Source of the DNA: a virus
Length of the DNA stretch: 64,000 nt
Virus record (IMG/VR): IMGVR_UViG_3300047499_000102
Coordinates: 1-64,000 of that record
Reading direction: 5' to 3' (one strand)
Below are positions 47,908 to 58,540 of this stretch, piece by piece. Both the position numbers and the translations under genes were made by a program. A model generated the notes under the pieces. That model was not told the origin of the DNA, did not search any database, and saw only the letters and a program-made list of their open reading frames with translations. How positions within the stretch are numbered: the first letter of the stretch is position 1; each line of letters begins with the position of its first letter.

Positions 47908-50900
47908 CTACTCGAAGCCGAGCAGCAAGATCCCGCCGAAGTGGAACTCCACGGAGTGGAGGAGGATGTTCACGAACGGCGCCGTGGACCCGCTCACGTC
48001 GACCGCGCCCGAGACCAGGATCTGGTAGGCGGTCTGCGCGACGTCGACGGTGGGCAGGTTGTTCGGGTCGAAGTCGAGCTCCAACGACTGCGGCTGTCCA
48101 TCGTTGTAGTACGTCGATGCGTTCGAAGAGGGGAGCAGCTGTCCCGACAGCCCGACGCATGTCCACGTGATTTGGTTGGCGCCTGGGTTGTCGATGACCG
48201 TCGCGCCCACGACGGTCGGCCATGTCGGCTGCGTCGTGCTGCTCGATGTGCCCGTGCCCGCGATGGCCGTCGCCTTGTAGTAGAAGCCGGTGGCGTTGAC
48301 GGTCTGCGGCAGTATGTACGTGCCGACCGGGTACACCGTGGAGGGTAGCCAGCTCGTGGCCGCTGGTGCGAGGAGCGAGTAGCTATCGGTCGCCGAGTCC
48401 CAGCCGACAATGGCGAAGGAGAGCGGGCTCGCCGAGGCGAAGGCCGGTGGTTTCGTGACCACCCGGTAGTGGAGGATTATCTTCACGAGTTGAGCGCTGG
48501 CGTGGAGGCTCCGACCCGGGATGGTCAAGGTCATGTACTGCCCGCCGTAGACCGACTGGGCGCCGACCGTGGAGGGCACCGTGGACACGGCGAGGTAGTC
48601 GTCGGGAAGCCACGAGTAATTGCCCGAGATCGTCGACCCGCCAAGGGGCACCTGCATGTCGGTCATCGACAGCACGATGACGTCGGTGCCAGCGGAAGTG
48701 AGCTTTGGACTGTTGCCTGCGACCGCATCGACCAGCACGCGGCCGCCGGGCCCAGTGCTCACGTTGCCCGTGAAGAGCGTCCCCGTGGTGATGAATTGCA
48801 TGCCCGCGCCGCCGATGATGACTGGCGAGCTCGGGGCGTAGGCGCCTCCCCCGTCGCCGCTCACGGTGCGGCTCATGCGGTCGTCGAGGGTGCGATAGTC
48901 CTGGGCACCCGGCACGAACTCGCCTACCCATCGCCCTGACGGCCTTACGAAATCGAAGTGGCTCACTGCGGCCTCATGTCGGCGATGCCCGTGAAGGAGG
49001 CCACGCACTCAAGCCAGATGTTGCCGGCCACCGCGTTGTTCCCCGCCTCGTCGATGATCTCGGCGAAATAGAAGAACTGCGAGGTGTCGATGATCACGTT
49101 TGGCACACACGTGAGGGTGTAGGACTGCGGGTTGCCTCCGTTGTTCCATTGCGCGAGGTTCGGCGTCGGATGGAAGACCTCGAAGCCGTCGCCGACGGTG
49201 CCGGATCCCAAGGCGGTGATGTTGCCGTAGACGTCGATCTGGTGGACGCGGAAGAGGGGGAGGCTCGTCGGCACCCCAGTGTGCGTCGCCGTCGCGAACC
49301 AGAAGGTCACCGTCGCAAGCGTGGCGCCGTTGTGCACCCGCAGCGGCACGAGTAGGCGCCCACCTAGGCGGTAGGCAAACGCCGAGTTGGTGTTGATGAC
49401 GCCACCTGTCAGCACGGGGTTCGGGAGCATCACCGCATAGCCACCGACCGCGTCTCCGGCGGCGTCGACGATCTGGCAGCCCGAGGCGTCCTTGCCCAAG
49501 GACATGGGCGTGTTCAACGTCCGGGTGTTCATCGCCTGCCCGGTCGCCAACTCGATGAAGTCGCTGTCGCCGTGCGTCAGGCTGTTCACGTTCTCGAACG
49601 TGAGCAGGTTGCGCGCGAAGTGGACGCTGGTCTGGGTCGCGGGCGGCTCCAGATACCACGGCCCCGCGCACCACATGCCCGCGCCACCGATACCGAGCGG
49701 CGCGGCAGGCGCCCACGTGCCTCCAGCGTCGCCATCAATCGCGGCGACCTGTCCAGCGTCCAGCGCCGTGAAGTACGAAGCTGGGATGGGCACGCCGTTG
49801 ACGTAGAAGCTGTCGGCGAAGATTCGTGCGGGCATGGGCTACTGCCACTCGTTGAAGCGGATGTCGGAGTACGTCATCGTCGCGGTGTGGAAGACCGTGC
49901 CGTACGCGTTGGCAGCCTCGCCACCGGTGTACAGGTCGACTGCGGGGCGCGTCACGAACGGAAGCGGTGTCGCCGCGGGACCGATGCACGTCCAAACAAC
50001 GGTGCCGTCCTTCACGGTCTGCCCTGGCTGCGACGGCCACGGCGGCTCATGAGCTCCCGTGGTGCCTGCCGTCGTGCAGAGGTACCAGTAACCGGTCGTC
50101 GAGGCCAAGGGCAGGATCGGCGTGTTCGCCGTGTAGCCCGACGTCGCCAGCCAGGCGCCGCACGGTGGCGTCGTGCCTGGCGACCACGTGTCGATCTCCG
50201 AGGCCGCCGCCCAGTAGGTCCCGCCGAAGCTGTTGCCCTGCTGGATGCCGACGACGAAGCCCTGTCCGAACTGCGAGGCCTGATTCAGATCGGTCGACCG
50301 CACCCAGTCGCCCGCGCTCGCGATGTAGATGCCGGTCTCGCAGCTGCCGCCGTTGAAGGGGCTGTCCACGACGAGCACGCGGTCGCCGGCGGCGGGGGTG
50401 TAGCCGTCGATGGCCGCCAGCCCCGCGAGGGGGAAGCTCGGGCCGTAGCTGAGGACCCGGCACGGCTGCATCAGCGGCACGGTCCAGGGGAACGCGGTCA
50501 CGCCCTGCTCGTCGCGCACCTCAAGGACGTAGGTGTAGAGGCTGCGGATGACGTAGCCGTTGTCCACGGCGAAGGTGAACGACTGCGCGTTGCCTGCGTT
50601 GTACCAGGCGGTGACGTTCGCGGGCGTCGGGACGTAGCACCACCCGTCGACGTCGGCACCAGCGGCGACGCTCGTGCAGGGCGTCGCGTTGCCGTTCTCG
50701 TCGACCACGAGCAGGCGAAAGGAAGGCATCGTCGTCGGCAGCGACGTGTGCAGCGTGACCACGGAGAAGGTCACGGTGACCGAGGTGATGCTCGCATACT
50801 GCACCCCGCGGATGCGCAGCGCGAGCCTCGAGGGCAGCGTTGTCCCGTTCTGCACGTACTGGGGCGCCACGCTCTGCAGCGAGCTGGTGCCGCGCCGTAC

Positions 50901-51437
50901 GACCCACATCGAGTATGGGATGGGGCGCGCGTCGACGAACGAGTAGACGACCTTGCGCGTGTTCCAAGAGTGCGTCGGGCCGAGCAGAGGGAAGTTGCCG
51001 GGGTCGAAGGCGAGCACCCCGGTGTTCGAGTGGAGCACTCCGCCGCGCGCGACGACCAGGGGGCCGGTCAACTGCAGCCCGGCGCCGCCGATGACGATGG
51101 GCGTGGCCGGCGCCCAGCATCCGCCGTCCACGCCGTTGATGCTGCTCTTCAGGTTGCCATCGAAGGTGGCAAAGTCCGAGGTCAGCACGGACGTGTAGTA
51201 CATGCACGTCCACGTCACGCCGCCGTCGACCACGGTCGCGCCACGCACCAAGGGCCACGCGGGCTCCGCGGCACCGCTCTGCCCGGTCGTGATGGCCGTC
51301 GCCTTGTAGTAGAAGCCGGTGGCGTTGACGGTCGTGGGGATGACGTACGCGCCGACCGCGTAGCCCTGCAGCGCCGCCCACGTCGACCACATCGACGGGC
51401 CTACCCATTCGGTGCGCTGTTGCGTGTGATGGGCCAT
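47908..51437 (-). CDS. Three paralogous tail fibre/receptor-binding proteins (47908-48966, 48963-49835, 49839-51437)
   Basis: Shared G..GG.(W/Y)AP..P..IGGAG and N.G..QS motifs; CBM5/12-like W...Y..G...WP..G.TV.D...WTC modules. Confidence 0.75.
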
Positions 51438-51440
51438 GCG

Positions 51441-52448
51441 TCACATCGACTGGAAGAAGGTGAACGGCGAGATCGGCTGGGTACCCATGGCGCCGCCCAC
51501 GACGACCGGACCCACGGTGAACTTCATGCCAGCGGTCGACGTCGGCGCCACGATGGCCCATGCGTCGCTCGTGCGCATGATCTTTGCCAGTTGCGCGTCG
51601 ATCGCCGCGCGCGTCGTCCGCGAGGTCGCCGCCGCTGCTGTTAGGACGATGTAGCTGAGTCGCTGCGAAGACCACCAGTACGGAAAGTTTCCGGTCGTGA
51701 TTGGCGCGCCGATGTCGTGCGAGTTCGCGAAGGTCGCCTGGAAGTAGTTGTATCCGGGCGTGCAGCCGGCCGGCGCGGTCGTCGCGGTCCCCGTCACGGT
51801 GACGCGCTCCATCTGCGCGGTGTTGCCCGCGCCGACGATGATGGTGTCGCCGAGGAGGAGTAGCTCCGGGACGACGATCGTGGTGTCGAGGTTCTGGTAG
51901 GCGCACCAGACCGCACCCGCGGTGACGACGGGGTCGACCAACTGCACGAACCGCGGCGGGACGCGCACGTCGAGAAACTGGCCCGGGCCGGCGCCCGGCG
52001 CTGCCGGGTAGATGGACGGCGCCGGCGCCGTGGGGCTCGGTACGTAGCCGAGGAAGTTTCCGGCGCCCGCCAATCTCTTGACGGTGTTGACGATGTTGCT
52101 CGGGATGGCACCGAGCGGTAGCGCCATCGCCGCGGCAAGCGCGTTCTGTCGCGTGCGGATGTTGTCCGTGGGCCCCGGTGTGAGCCCGTAGTCCTGCTCC
52201 AGCAGGGGCAACAGGTCGTAGACCGCGAGCGGGTTGGCCTGGTTGCCCGCCTTCTCCGACTCGTAGAGAGCGCTGCCCAGCACGACGGCGGTCGCGTACA
52301 GTTGCAACTCGTCGTCGCTGCCCACTTCCGTGAAGTCGATCTCGCTGCCCCACAGCGATGGCAGAAGCTCGTAGAAGACCTGGATGTGGGTCTTGTTGCT
52401 GGAGAAGTCGAAGGCTCCGGGCCAGGTGAAAGCGGACGGCTGCGGCAT
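51441..52448 (-). CDS. Baseplate wedge protein (Mu gp48/YmfQ-like)
   Basis: NP....DLLP.LEQDYGL.P......RQ.ALAA; lies after the J-like gene. Confidence 0.7.
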   Translation of the reverse strand: MPQPSAFTWPGAFDFSSNKTHIQVFYELLPSLWGSEIDFTEVGSDDELQLYATAVVLGSALYESEKAGNQANPLAVYDLLPLLEQDYGLTPGPTDNIRTRQNALAAAMALPLGAIPSNIVNTVKRLAGAGNFLGYVPSPTAPAPSIYPAAPGAGPGQFLDVRVPPRFVQLVDPVVTAGAVWCAYQNLDTTIVVPELLLLGDTIIVGAGNTAQMERVTVTGTATTAPAGCTPGYNYFQATFANSHDIGAPITTGNFPYWWSSQRLSYIVLTAAAATSRTTRAAIDAQLAKIMRTSDAWAIVAPTSTAGMKFTVGPVVVGGAMGTQPISPFTFFQSM

Positions 52449-52457
52449 GCTTTCTAC

Positions 52458-52964
52458 CTAGAAAAAGTCGACGCCAAACGAGATGTCGGCGAGAGCGCCG
52501 TCGATGGTCGTGGTGACCTGCACGCCGTTGGCGATGTTCACGACGCCGATGCTGTAGCTATGGGCGCCAAGGATCGCGGTGATGGTCGCGCGCGGGTTGC
52601 CCACCGGCGCGGGAAAGACACCGGCCGCCGTGGTGATGGAGTAGTTCCCCACCGAGTTGCGGACGACCGTGAAGGGGTTGGCCGTGACGTTGTTCGCCGC
52701 CACTCGCCAGTTGGTGATGGTCGGACCGACGCCCGCGGCGACGTCGCATGCACCCCACGGGATCATCCGCGAGACGGAGATGAGTTGCCAGCCCTCGGTG
52801 TTGGTGAGTCCCGCGCTGGGGATGTAGCGCGGGTTGGGCGGTGCGCTGCCGAGGTCCTCAAACTCTGCGCCGTCGAAGTCGTCCTGCCCAGGGCGGTAGC
52901 CCTGGGTCGTGGGGATCGGCAGGTTCGGGTTGCCGTCAAACGTGGAACATCCGGGCGCCGGCAT
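52458..52964 (-). CDS. Virion protein of unknown function
   Basis: Beta-rich ORF within the baseplate block. Confidence 0.6.
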   Translation of the reverse strand: MPAPGCSTFDGNPNLPIPTTQGYRPGQDDFDGAEFEDLGSAPPNPRYIPSAGLTNTEGWQLISVSRMIPWGACDVAAGVGPTITNWRVAANNVTANPFTVVRNSVGNYSITTAAGVFPAPVGNPRATITAILGAHSYSIGVVNIANGVQVTTTIDGALADISFGVDFF

Positions 52965-53031
52965 GCTGTTACTCTCCGTTCACGTCTCACGCGGTGGTGT
53001 GCACGTCATCGAGAAGGCGGACATGCCGTCG

Positions 53032-54651
53032 TCAGCCACCAGGGAAGACGACGAGGTTGCCCAGCGTGAGCAGGTACACGAAGACCCCGGGAGTGCCCGT
53101 GGGAGCGGCGTACGGCACGGTGGGTTCCTCGAGCAGTACATCCGCGATGCTGTCCGTCGAGAAGAGTGTGGGCACCGGGGGCTGAGTCTGCTGCGCGCCC
53201 TGCGGCGGCTGGTTCGTGATGGTGCCGCCCAGCAGGCGGTTGGTGATCGATGACGGCCAGTATTGCGGGTTGGCGGGACTGCGCTTCTGACGCAGTCCAG
53301 GGTCGAAGAAGGTCGCGAACTGCTCGCCGGGGCCGATGGTGTCGAAGTAGCTCACGACCGGGGCCAGGGCGTCGTTGAGCGACGGGCTCCAAGGACAGCA
53401 TGCTTGACCAGCGATCGGCGTGTAGCTCGTGTCGGAGATGCCGTTCGTCGTGTCCACGGTGATGTCGTACGTGGTCGTGGAGATGACCGTGACCGTGAGG
53501 ATCTTCTTCTGCCGGAAGGTCAGGTTCGGCAGGTCGAGGAAGGCGATGTTCTGGCCGACCTGCGGCGCCGTGGCAGCGGTGAGCTCGGGGCTCGACAGCC
53601 GGAAGGCCAAGGCGGTAAGGCTGCCCGCGGCGTTCGCACTTGCGACGACACCATTGGTCGCGATGGGGCCCAGATACGGGGGGAAGGTCGTGGTGTCCGC
53701 CCAGCTGTCGGCCGAGTTGTTCCACAAGATCTCGAGGACAACGGTGACCGGAGAGGCCACGATCGTGCACATGAAGATGCCGTCGGTGGCAGGCATCTGC
53801 CCGCCGAGCAGTTGCGCGGCGAGCGCAAGATGCGTCGCGGTAGGGATTCGGCTCGCCCCTGGCTGTCCTGGGCGCAGGGTGAAGAAGACGGCCGTGGTCC
53901 CAGGGCCCATCGCATCGGGGATAGTGAAGGCCTGCTCGATGGGGATCGTCGTGGCGCTCATCAGGAGCGCCTGGTACTGGGCATCGTTGCCGCTCGCGGG
54001 GGGGTTCGCGGCGAGGTAGTCGAGGCGTCGGCGAACCTGATCGTCGGTCTCGACGGGTGCGCCACCTACGAGTCCCTGCCCGTTCGACTGGATGACGACG
54101 TTGCACGTGAGCGAGCTGCCAGGCCTTGGCGAGGCCCATGTGAGCACCGAGTCGGCCGGCAGGTTCGTCTGCAGGCCCGTGTCGATGCCCGTGATCGGGA
54201 TGGGCGTGCCCGAGCCCGCGATGGCGGGATTGGCTGGCAGGTAGAGACCCGTCTGGGTGCACTGGAACTGCAGCCCCGTCGGCAGATGTGTGAGGACGTC
54301 GCCGGCGAAGATGGTCGCTCCGCTCGAAGAGCCTCCCTGGTTGATCGCGGCGCCGGATCCACCCACGGCGGGCAGCGGTGCCGTGGTGCCAAGGATCGTG
54401 GCCCAGTCGTACAGGTCCTGACCCGTTGCCGTGGAACGGCGCACGCCCTTGGCGATCGTGATGGAGTTGGCGTCGATGCTGCCAGCGACGTCGGATGTGG
54501 CGCGGGCGTCGAGGTCGACCTTGCTGCCCGGTCGCATGTCGGGCGGGGTATTGCCGATGGGCACGCGCGCCGAGATCGCCCGCTTGTAGAGCGCGATGCG
54601 CTGGTCGCGCGATGGGATGACCAGCTTTCCGGCGAGCTTGTCGAGCGGCAT
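53032..54651 (-). CDS. Baseplate J / Mu gp47-like protein
   Basis: TATG.DL..WA...G; G...NL; GGA.VETD...R.RL....NPPASGN..QY. Confidence 0.88.
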   Translation of the reverse strand: MPLDKLAGKLVIPSRDQRIALYKRAISARVPIGNTPPDMRPGSKVDLDARATSDVAGSIDANSITIAKGVRRSTATGQDLYDWATILGTTAPLPAVGGSGAAINQGGSSSGATIFAGDVLTHLPTGLQFQCTQTGLYLPANPAIAGSGTPIPITGIDTGLQTNLPADSVLTWASPRPGSSLTCNVVIQSNGQGLVGGAPVETDDQVRRRLDYLAANPPASGNDAQYQALLMSATTIPIEQAFTIPDAMGPGTTAVFFTLRPGQPGASRIPTATHLALAAQLLGGQMPATDGIFMCTIVASPVTVVLEILWNNSADSWADTTTFPPYLGPIATNGVVASANAAGSLTALAFRLSSPELTAATAPQVGQNIAFLDLPNLTFRQKKILTVTVISTTTYDITVDTTNGISDTSYTPIAGQACCPWSPSLNDALAPVVSYFDTIGPGEQFATFFDPGLRQKRSPANPQYWPSSITNRLLGGTITNQPPQGAQQTQPPVPTLFSTDSIADVLLEEPTVPYAAPTGTPGVFVYLLTLGNLVVFPGG

Positions 54652-54652
54652 C

Positions 54653-55141
54653 TTAGGTGTTCACTCCGACGACGGAGATTGATCGCTTGTTCGAGGTGGG
54701 GAACCGCGGGTTGGTCGCCGGGTCGCGCAGGTTCACGTAGGCGACGGCGAAGACGTTCTGTCCACGGAGTTGCTTCACGGTCACGCTCAGTAGGAGCACA
54801 TCGCCGTTCGTGATGAGGTCCTGCATGACGCTGCGCACTTCGTTGTAAGCGGTCTGCAGGACCTTCGGCGCGGGCAAGCGCGCGCAAACGATTGCCAGGC
54901 GCGTTCCGAGTGACGTCGCGCTCTTGCTCTGCCCCTTTCGTGTCGTGAGTCGAAGGGTCACGATCTGATCGATCGGGTGCATGTCGATCGGGTTGCCGTT
55001 CTCGTCCAGCGTGAGGAACTGGTTGATGGACGGGTCGAAGAACGGCGCGCGCGGCAGGAACGGAGGCGATGGCGTGGCGGGCACGTACACGGGATCGAAG
55101 CCCGCGGGACCGGCGCCAGCTTGGAAGTCTCCAGCACCCAT
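54653..55141 (-). CDS. Baseplate gp25/Mu gp46-like protein
   Basis: V.LRL.T..G......LGT.L...EV...M..LI..G; gene position. Confidence 0.65.
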   Translation of the reverse strand: MGAGDFQAGAGPAGFDPVYVPATPSPPFLPRAPFFDPSINQFLTLDENGNPIDMHPIDQIVTLRLTTRKGQSKSATSLGTRLAIVCARLPAPKVLQTAYNEVRSVMQDLITNGDVLLLSVTVKQLRGQNVFAVAYVNLRDPATNPRFPTSNKRSISVVGVNT

Positions 55142-55398
55142 CAGGACCTCGGGCAGTTGAGCGGCAACTGGTTGATGAGCGCCTCGAGCATGTCGAACGC
55201 TTCCTGCACGGGCTCAAGGAAGGCGAAGTTGATGGTCAGCGGCGGGAGCGGAAGCGAGAGGACGATCGTGATCGCCTCTGGGAGTAGGCAGCACGGGTTC
55301 GGGAGGCTCAGCGAGACGGACGGCAGCTGCGGCGACAGGGAGATCCCCGATGGGAGCGACGGGAACGGCAGCTTGGGAATGGGGATGCAGGTGGACAT
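55141..55398 (-). CDS. Small Pro/Leu-rich protein next to the spike gene
   Basis: Coupled ORF. Confidence 0.5.
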   Translation of the reverse strand: MSTCIPIPKLPFPSLPSGISLSPQLPSVSLSLPNPCCLLPEAITIVLSLPLPPLTINFAFLEPVQEAFDMLEALINQLPLNCPRS

Positions 55399-55402
55399 GG
55401 GC

Positions 55403-56344
55403 TCACCCGATGTTCGTGGCGGTCGCGATGGTCTCCAGCGCCGTGCCGATCGCCGACTCTGCGGTCCCGAGCAGCGCTGCCAGCGCTGCGACAGGGCCAG
55501 CCGATCCAGAGCCGCCGCCGAGCTTCACGATCTCGGCCTGCAGCGCAACGATCGCGGCCGACTGCGCCGCAGCGAGCGCGCCCATCGCGCCGAGTACGCC
55601 GACCAAGGGCTCGGCTTGGGCGACGGGGCCGACCACGGATCCCGTCGGTCCGATCGAGATGACCGGGGCGACGACGCGCACCATGTCCGCCTGCAGACTC
55701 GCGGTCGACCCGAGCCCGGGCAGAATGCCACCCATGTATCCGAGGGTGAACCGAGCCCCGCCACCTGCCTGCATCGAGTAACCGGTGAACAGCACGTCGC
55801 CGTTGTCGTCAGCGAACTGCCCGAACATCTCGCGCCCCCAGGGCGACGCGCGCACGAAGCCGTATCGGCTCACCTCCTCGAAGATGGTCTGCCCATCCCC
55901 ACCGCCGCCCGTCGACGTCGTCGCGAGGCTGATGCGCCCGTCGGAGTGCGTGCGGACGAAGCTGCAACCGAGGATGTCCGAGCTTGCGCCGGCCGTTGGG
56001 TTCACGCCGTAGAAGACCGCGCAGCCCGGATCGGGGATGGGGATGATGGCCAACACCCGAGGGTCTTCCATCGTCCACGCGTGACCCTGGCTGCCCTCGT
56101 ACGCGTAGAGGAGCTGGGCGCCCTTGGTCGGATCTGGCTGGCCGTTGCCTGGCTTACCGGGCGGTGCGGTGTTGAGCGCGGGGTCGAGGGCGCGACCCCA
56201 TAGGCCGTAGAAGTGATGACGCTCGATGGGCGATGCGCCGCTCGCGCCCTCGCCCTCGGCATCGTACTGGACGTCCTCGAAGCCCTGGTCGTCCATGACG
56301 GATGCGATCTGGACGCCGATGTCCCATTCGAGAGGTCGGGGCAT
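55403..56344 (-). CDS. Baseplate spike (Mu gp45/gpV-like)
   Basis: YGL.GR..DP...DPR.....P.PG..VFYG; follows the hub gene. Confidence 0.65.
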   Translation of the reverse strand: MPRPLEWDIGVQIASVMDDQGFEDVQYDAEGEGASGASPIERHHFYGLWGRALDPALNTAPPGKPGNGQPDPTKGAQLLYAYEGSQGHAWTMEDPRVLAIIPIPDPGCAVFYGVNPTAGASSDILGCSFVRTHSDGRISLATTSTGGGGDGQTIFEEVSRYGFVRASPWGREMFGQFADDNGDVLFTGYSMQAGGGARFTLGYMGGILPGLGSTASLQADMVRVVAPVISIGPTGSVVGPVAQAEPLVGVLGAMGALAAAQSAAIVALQAEIVKLGGGSGSAGPVAALAALLGTAESAIGTALETIATATNIG

Positions 56345-56354
56345 TCGTCGACTC

Positions 56355-57584
56355 CTACTCTTCGTCCGCCCCGAAAATTAGGTCTGTCAAGCGCATCAAT
56401 CGGATGGTCGTTGTCGTCTGCGGTCCGCGCTGGCGGTCGAGGGATTCCAGGTAGAAGTTCTCGTGGAACCCGAGCTCGTCATCGTCGACATGCACGACGG
56501 TGTCGGGCACGAGCACGGCTCGCTGTCCGCCGCCGGCGGCGTTCGAGGCGCTCGCCAATGGCAACGTGTGACCGTCGACGGTGTACTCCAGCTTCCAACC
56601 CGAGCGACGCTCCTCGGCGAGCTTGCGTCGCGCGAAGAACTCCGCCTCGGCCTGGTTGTGGCAGTTGGCATCGCGGAACACGATCGGCTGGTTGTATCCG
56701 CTCGCCTGCATCTCGTCGTCGTCGAAGGCGCCCTTGCTCTTCACGCGACCGAATGCCTTGCCTCCGCCCTTGGCGTAGACGATCGCTTCGGAATGGCGGT
56801 GCGTGCGGTCGTCCTGAAAGCTCATGCCCACAACATTCGCGCGCAGACTGTCCTTCGGCTGCCCCGTCTTGCGGCGCAGTAGGTACGTGGGTGCCTGGTT
56901 GCCGTTGGGCGCGGCGAGGACGAAGCTGCCGTCGTTGGCGGCCCAGAAGAAGAGCCCCGCGCGATCGAAGTGACGCCGCAGGAACTGGTGCCACGTCTCA
57001 TGCAGCCGCGCCTGCGGGTGAGAGGCGATGGAGCCCGCAGAGATTTCCTGTCCGGCCTGGCTCGCCTTCGTCTCGGCGACGTTCACGCCCGCTTTTGCGC
57101 TGCGGTTCGCGGTGTTGTCCGTCTGCAGGATGTTCGGGTCGATGGGGCCAGAGGGCGCAAGCTTCACCTGCTGCAGCGCGAACCACGCCAGCTGCGCGCA
57201 GGTCTTCACGTTCGCCGCGATGACCCCGGTCACGAAGGTGTCCTGCAGCGGCGCGAGCGAGTCGCGCCCCTTGAGTGTCACCTTCGTCGCCGAGCCAGGG
57301 GGCTGCCCGGCCATCACCGCGTCGAGGTAACCGCTCTGCTGCAGGACGTTGCCGACCAAGAGCTGAAAGATGTAGTTCGGACCTGGCTGGAAGGTCTGGA
57401 TGAGCGATGCGGCGAGGTCGCCGCTGCCGATGGTGATCGAGAAGCCCGCGGGCTGCGAGAGGACGCCTTCGTTGACGTTCCAGCTTTCGGCGATGAGCAA
57501 CTGTTGCCCGTTGACCAGGAGCTTTACGCTGTCATCGCGTCCGCCCAGTCCCTGGATCAGCGCCTGCGGCGTGGGGTTGCTCAT
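56355..57584 (-). CDS. Baseplate hub (Mu gp44/gpP-like)
   Basis: V.L.VNG...F.I..G...GRD..APL.D...ET.HQFL.R...VHV.D. Confidence 0.8.
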   Translation of the reverse strand: MSNPTPQALIQGLGGRDDSVKLLVNGQQLLIAESWNVNEGVLSQPAGFSITIGSGDLAASLIQTFQPGPNYIFQLLVGNVLQQSGYLDAVMAGQPPGSATKVTLKGRDSLAPLQDTFVTGVIAANVKTCAQLAWFALQQVKLAPSGPIDPNILQTDNTANRSAKAGVNVAETKASQAGQEISAGSIASHPQARLHETWHQFLRRHFDRAGLFFWAANDGSFVLAAPNGNQAPTYLLRRKTGQPKDSLRANVVGMSFQDDRTHRHSEAIVYAKGGGKAFGRVKSKGAFDDDEMQASGYNQPIVFRDANCHNQAEAEFFARRKLAEERRSGWKLEYTVDGHTLPLASASNAAGGGQRAVLVPDTVVHVDDDELGFHENFYLESLDRQRGPQTTTTIRLMRLTDLIFGADEE

Positions 57585-58537
57585 CCTGCGGTGTTCGACT
57601 GGCCGGCGCCCGCGTTCGGGCTGTCCGGGTAGTAGTAGATGATGGTGGTCGCAGGCACGTTTAGGACGTCAGCCAGCCCGGGGTTGAGGCCGAGAAGATC
57701 ACTCACTCGAGACGCGTCTCCGTAGATCGAGACGGCGCAGTCCACGAGGGTCTGGGTCTGCTCGACGATGTACTGGTTCAGCGGTACCTGCTTGGACTGC
57801 AGGTCCTGCAGCGCGAGGGACGCGCCGTTCCATAGGTCGAGGAGCACGTTGACGACCGGCCAAGCCCGGGCGTCTTGCATCGACAGCGCGCCCTCAAGCT
57901 GTTGGCAGAGCCCCGCGAGGTCCTGCAGCTTCGCCGAGTAGTCGTTGCCGTACAGCTGCACGGTGTCGCCGATGGCGAGGATCTGGGTGACCGTGCTCTG
58001 GATGACATCGAACAGGCTCTCGTCCTCGTCGCTCAAGGCGAGGTCGGATTCGACTGCCGCGAGCTCGGCGGCGAGGCGCGCGGCACTCGGACCGATCGAT
58101 GTGTCGTCGAGATCCGTCACCACGTTGTTCAGAGCGTACTGCGCGCTTTGGTCCTCCAGGAAGGTGATGTCCACCTTCTCGCCGCTCAGCATCCTGGCGT
58201 CCTTGACCTGCTCCCACCCGATGATGAAGGCGGGGAAGCTGCCGATGGTCGGATGGACGAATGTCAGGGTCTGCATCTGCTCGGCGTAGCCTCGCAGCGT
58301 GTTCATCCCGTTGGGGTATAGGTCGGGGAACGCCGGGAAGGTCGCCTGGAAGTTGCCCCGAACGGTGACCTTGTAGAGCGATCGCCCGAGCTTCTCGACG
58401 TTGCCGCCGGGCGAATGCGGGTACTCGTGCACGTGATGCCGAAGCACGAGCGACACGTGGTGGGTCTCGCCCGGGAACTTGATGTCCCCGAACTGCGTTT
58501 GAGGCAGGCCGGTCTGCGCGGTCACCTTGCTGGGCAT
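57581..58537 (-). CDS. DNA-circularisation N-terminal (Mu gpN-like) tail initiator with a LysM-like C-terminus
   Basis: HVHEYPH..G..VEKLGR...HPTIG...ITFLE; A..IYGD.SR...L..LNP. Confidence 0.8.
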   Translation of the reverse strand: MPSKVTAQTGLPQTQFGDIKFPGETHHVSLVLRHHVHEYPHSPGGNVEKLGRSLYKVTVRGNFQATFPAFPDLYPNGMNTLRGYAEQMQTLTFVHPTIGSFPAFIIGWEQVKDARMLSGEKVDITFLEDQSAQYALNNVVTDLDDTSIGPSAARLAAELAAVESDLALSDEDESLFDVIQSTVTQILAIGDTVQLYGNDYSAKLQDLAGLCQQLEGALSMQDARAWPVVNVLLDLWNGASLALQDLQSKQVPLNQYIVEQTQTLVDCAVSIYGDASRVSDLLGLNPGLADVLNVPATTIIYYYPDSPNAGAGQSNTAG

Positions 58538-58540
58538 CGG

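Noticed and set aside
48262-51333. DGR template/variable repeat pair
   Set aside because: The copies are identical, both lie in coding regions, and there are no adenine-specific differences.
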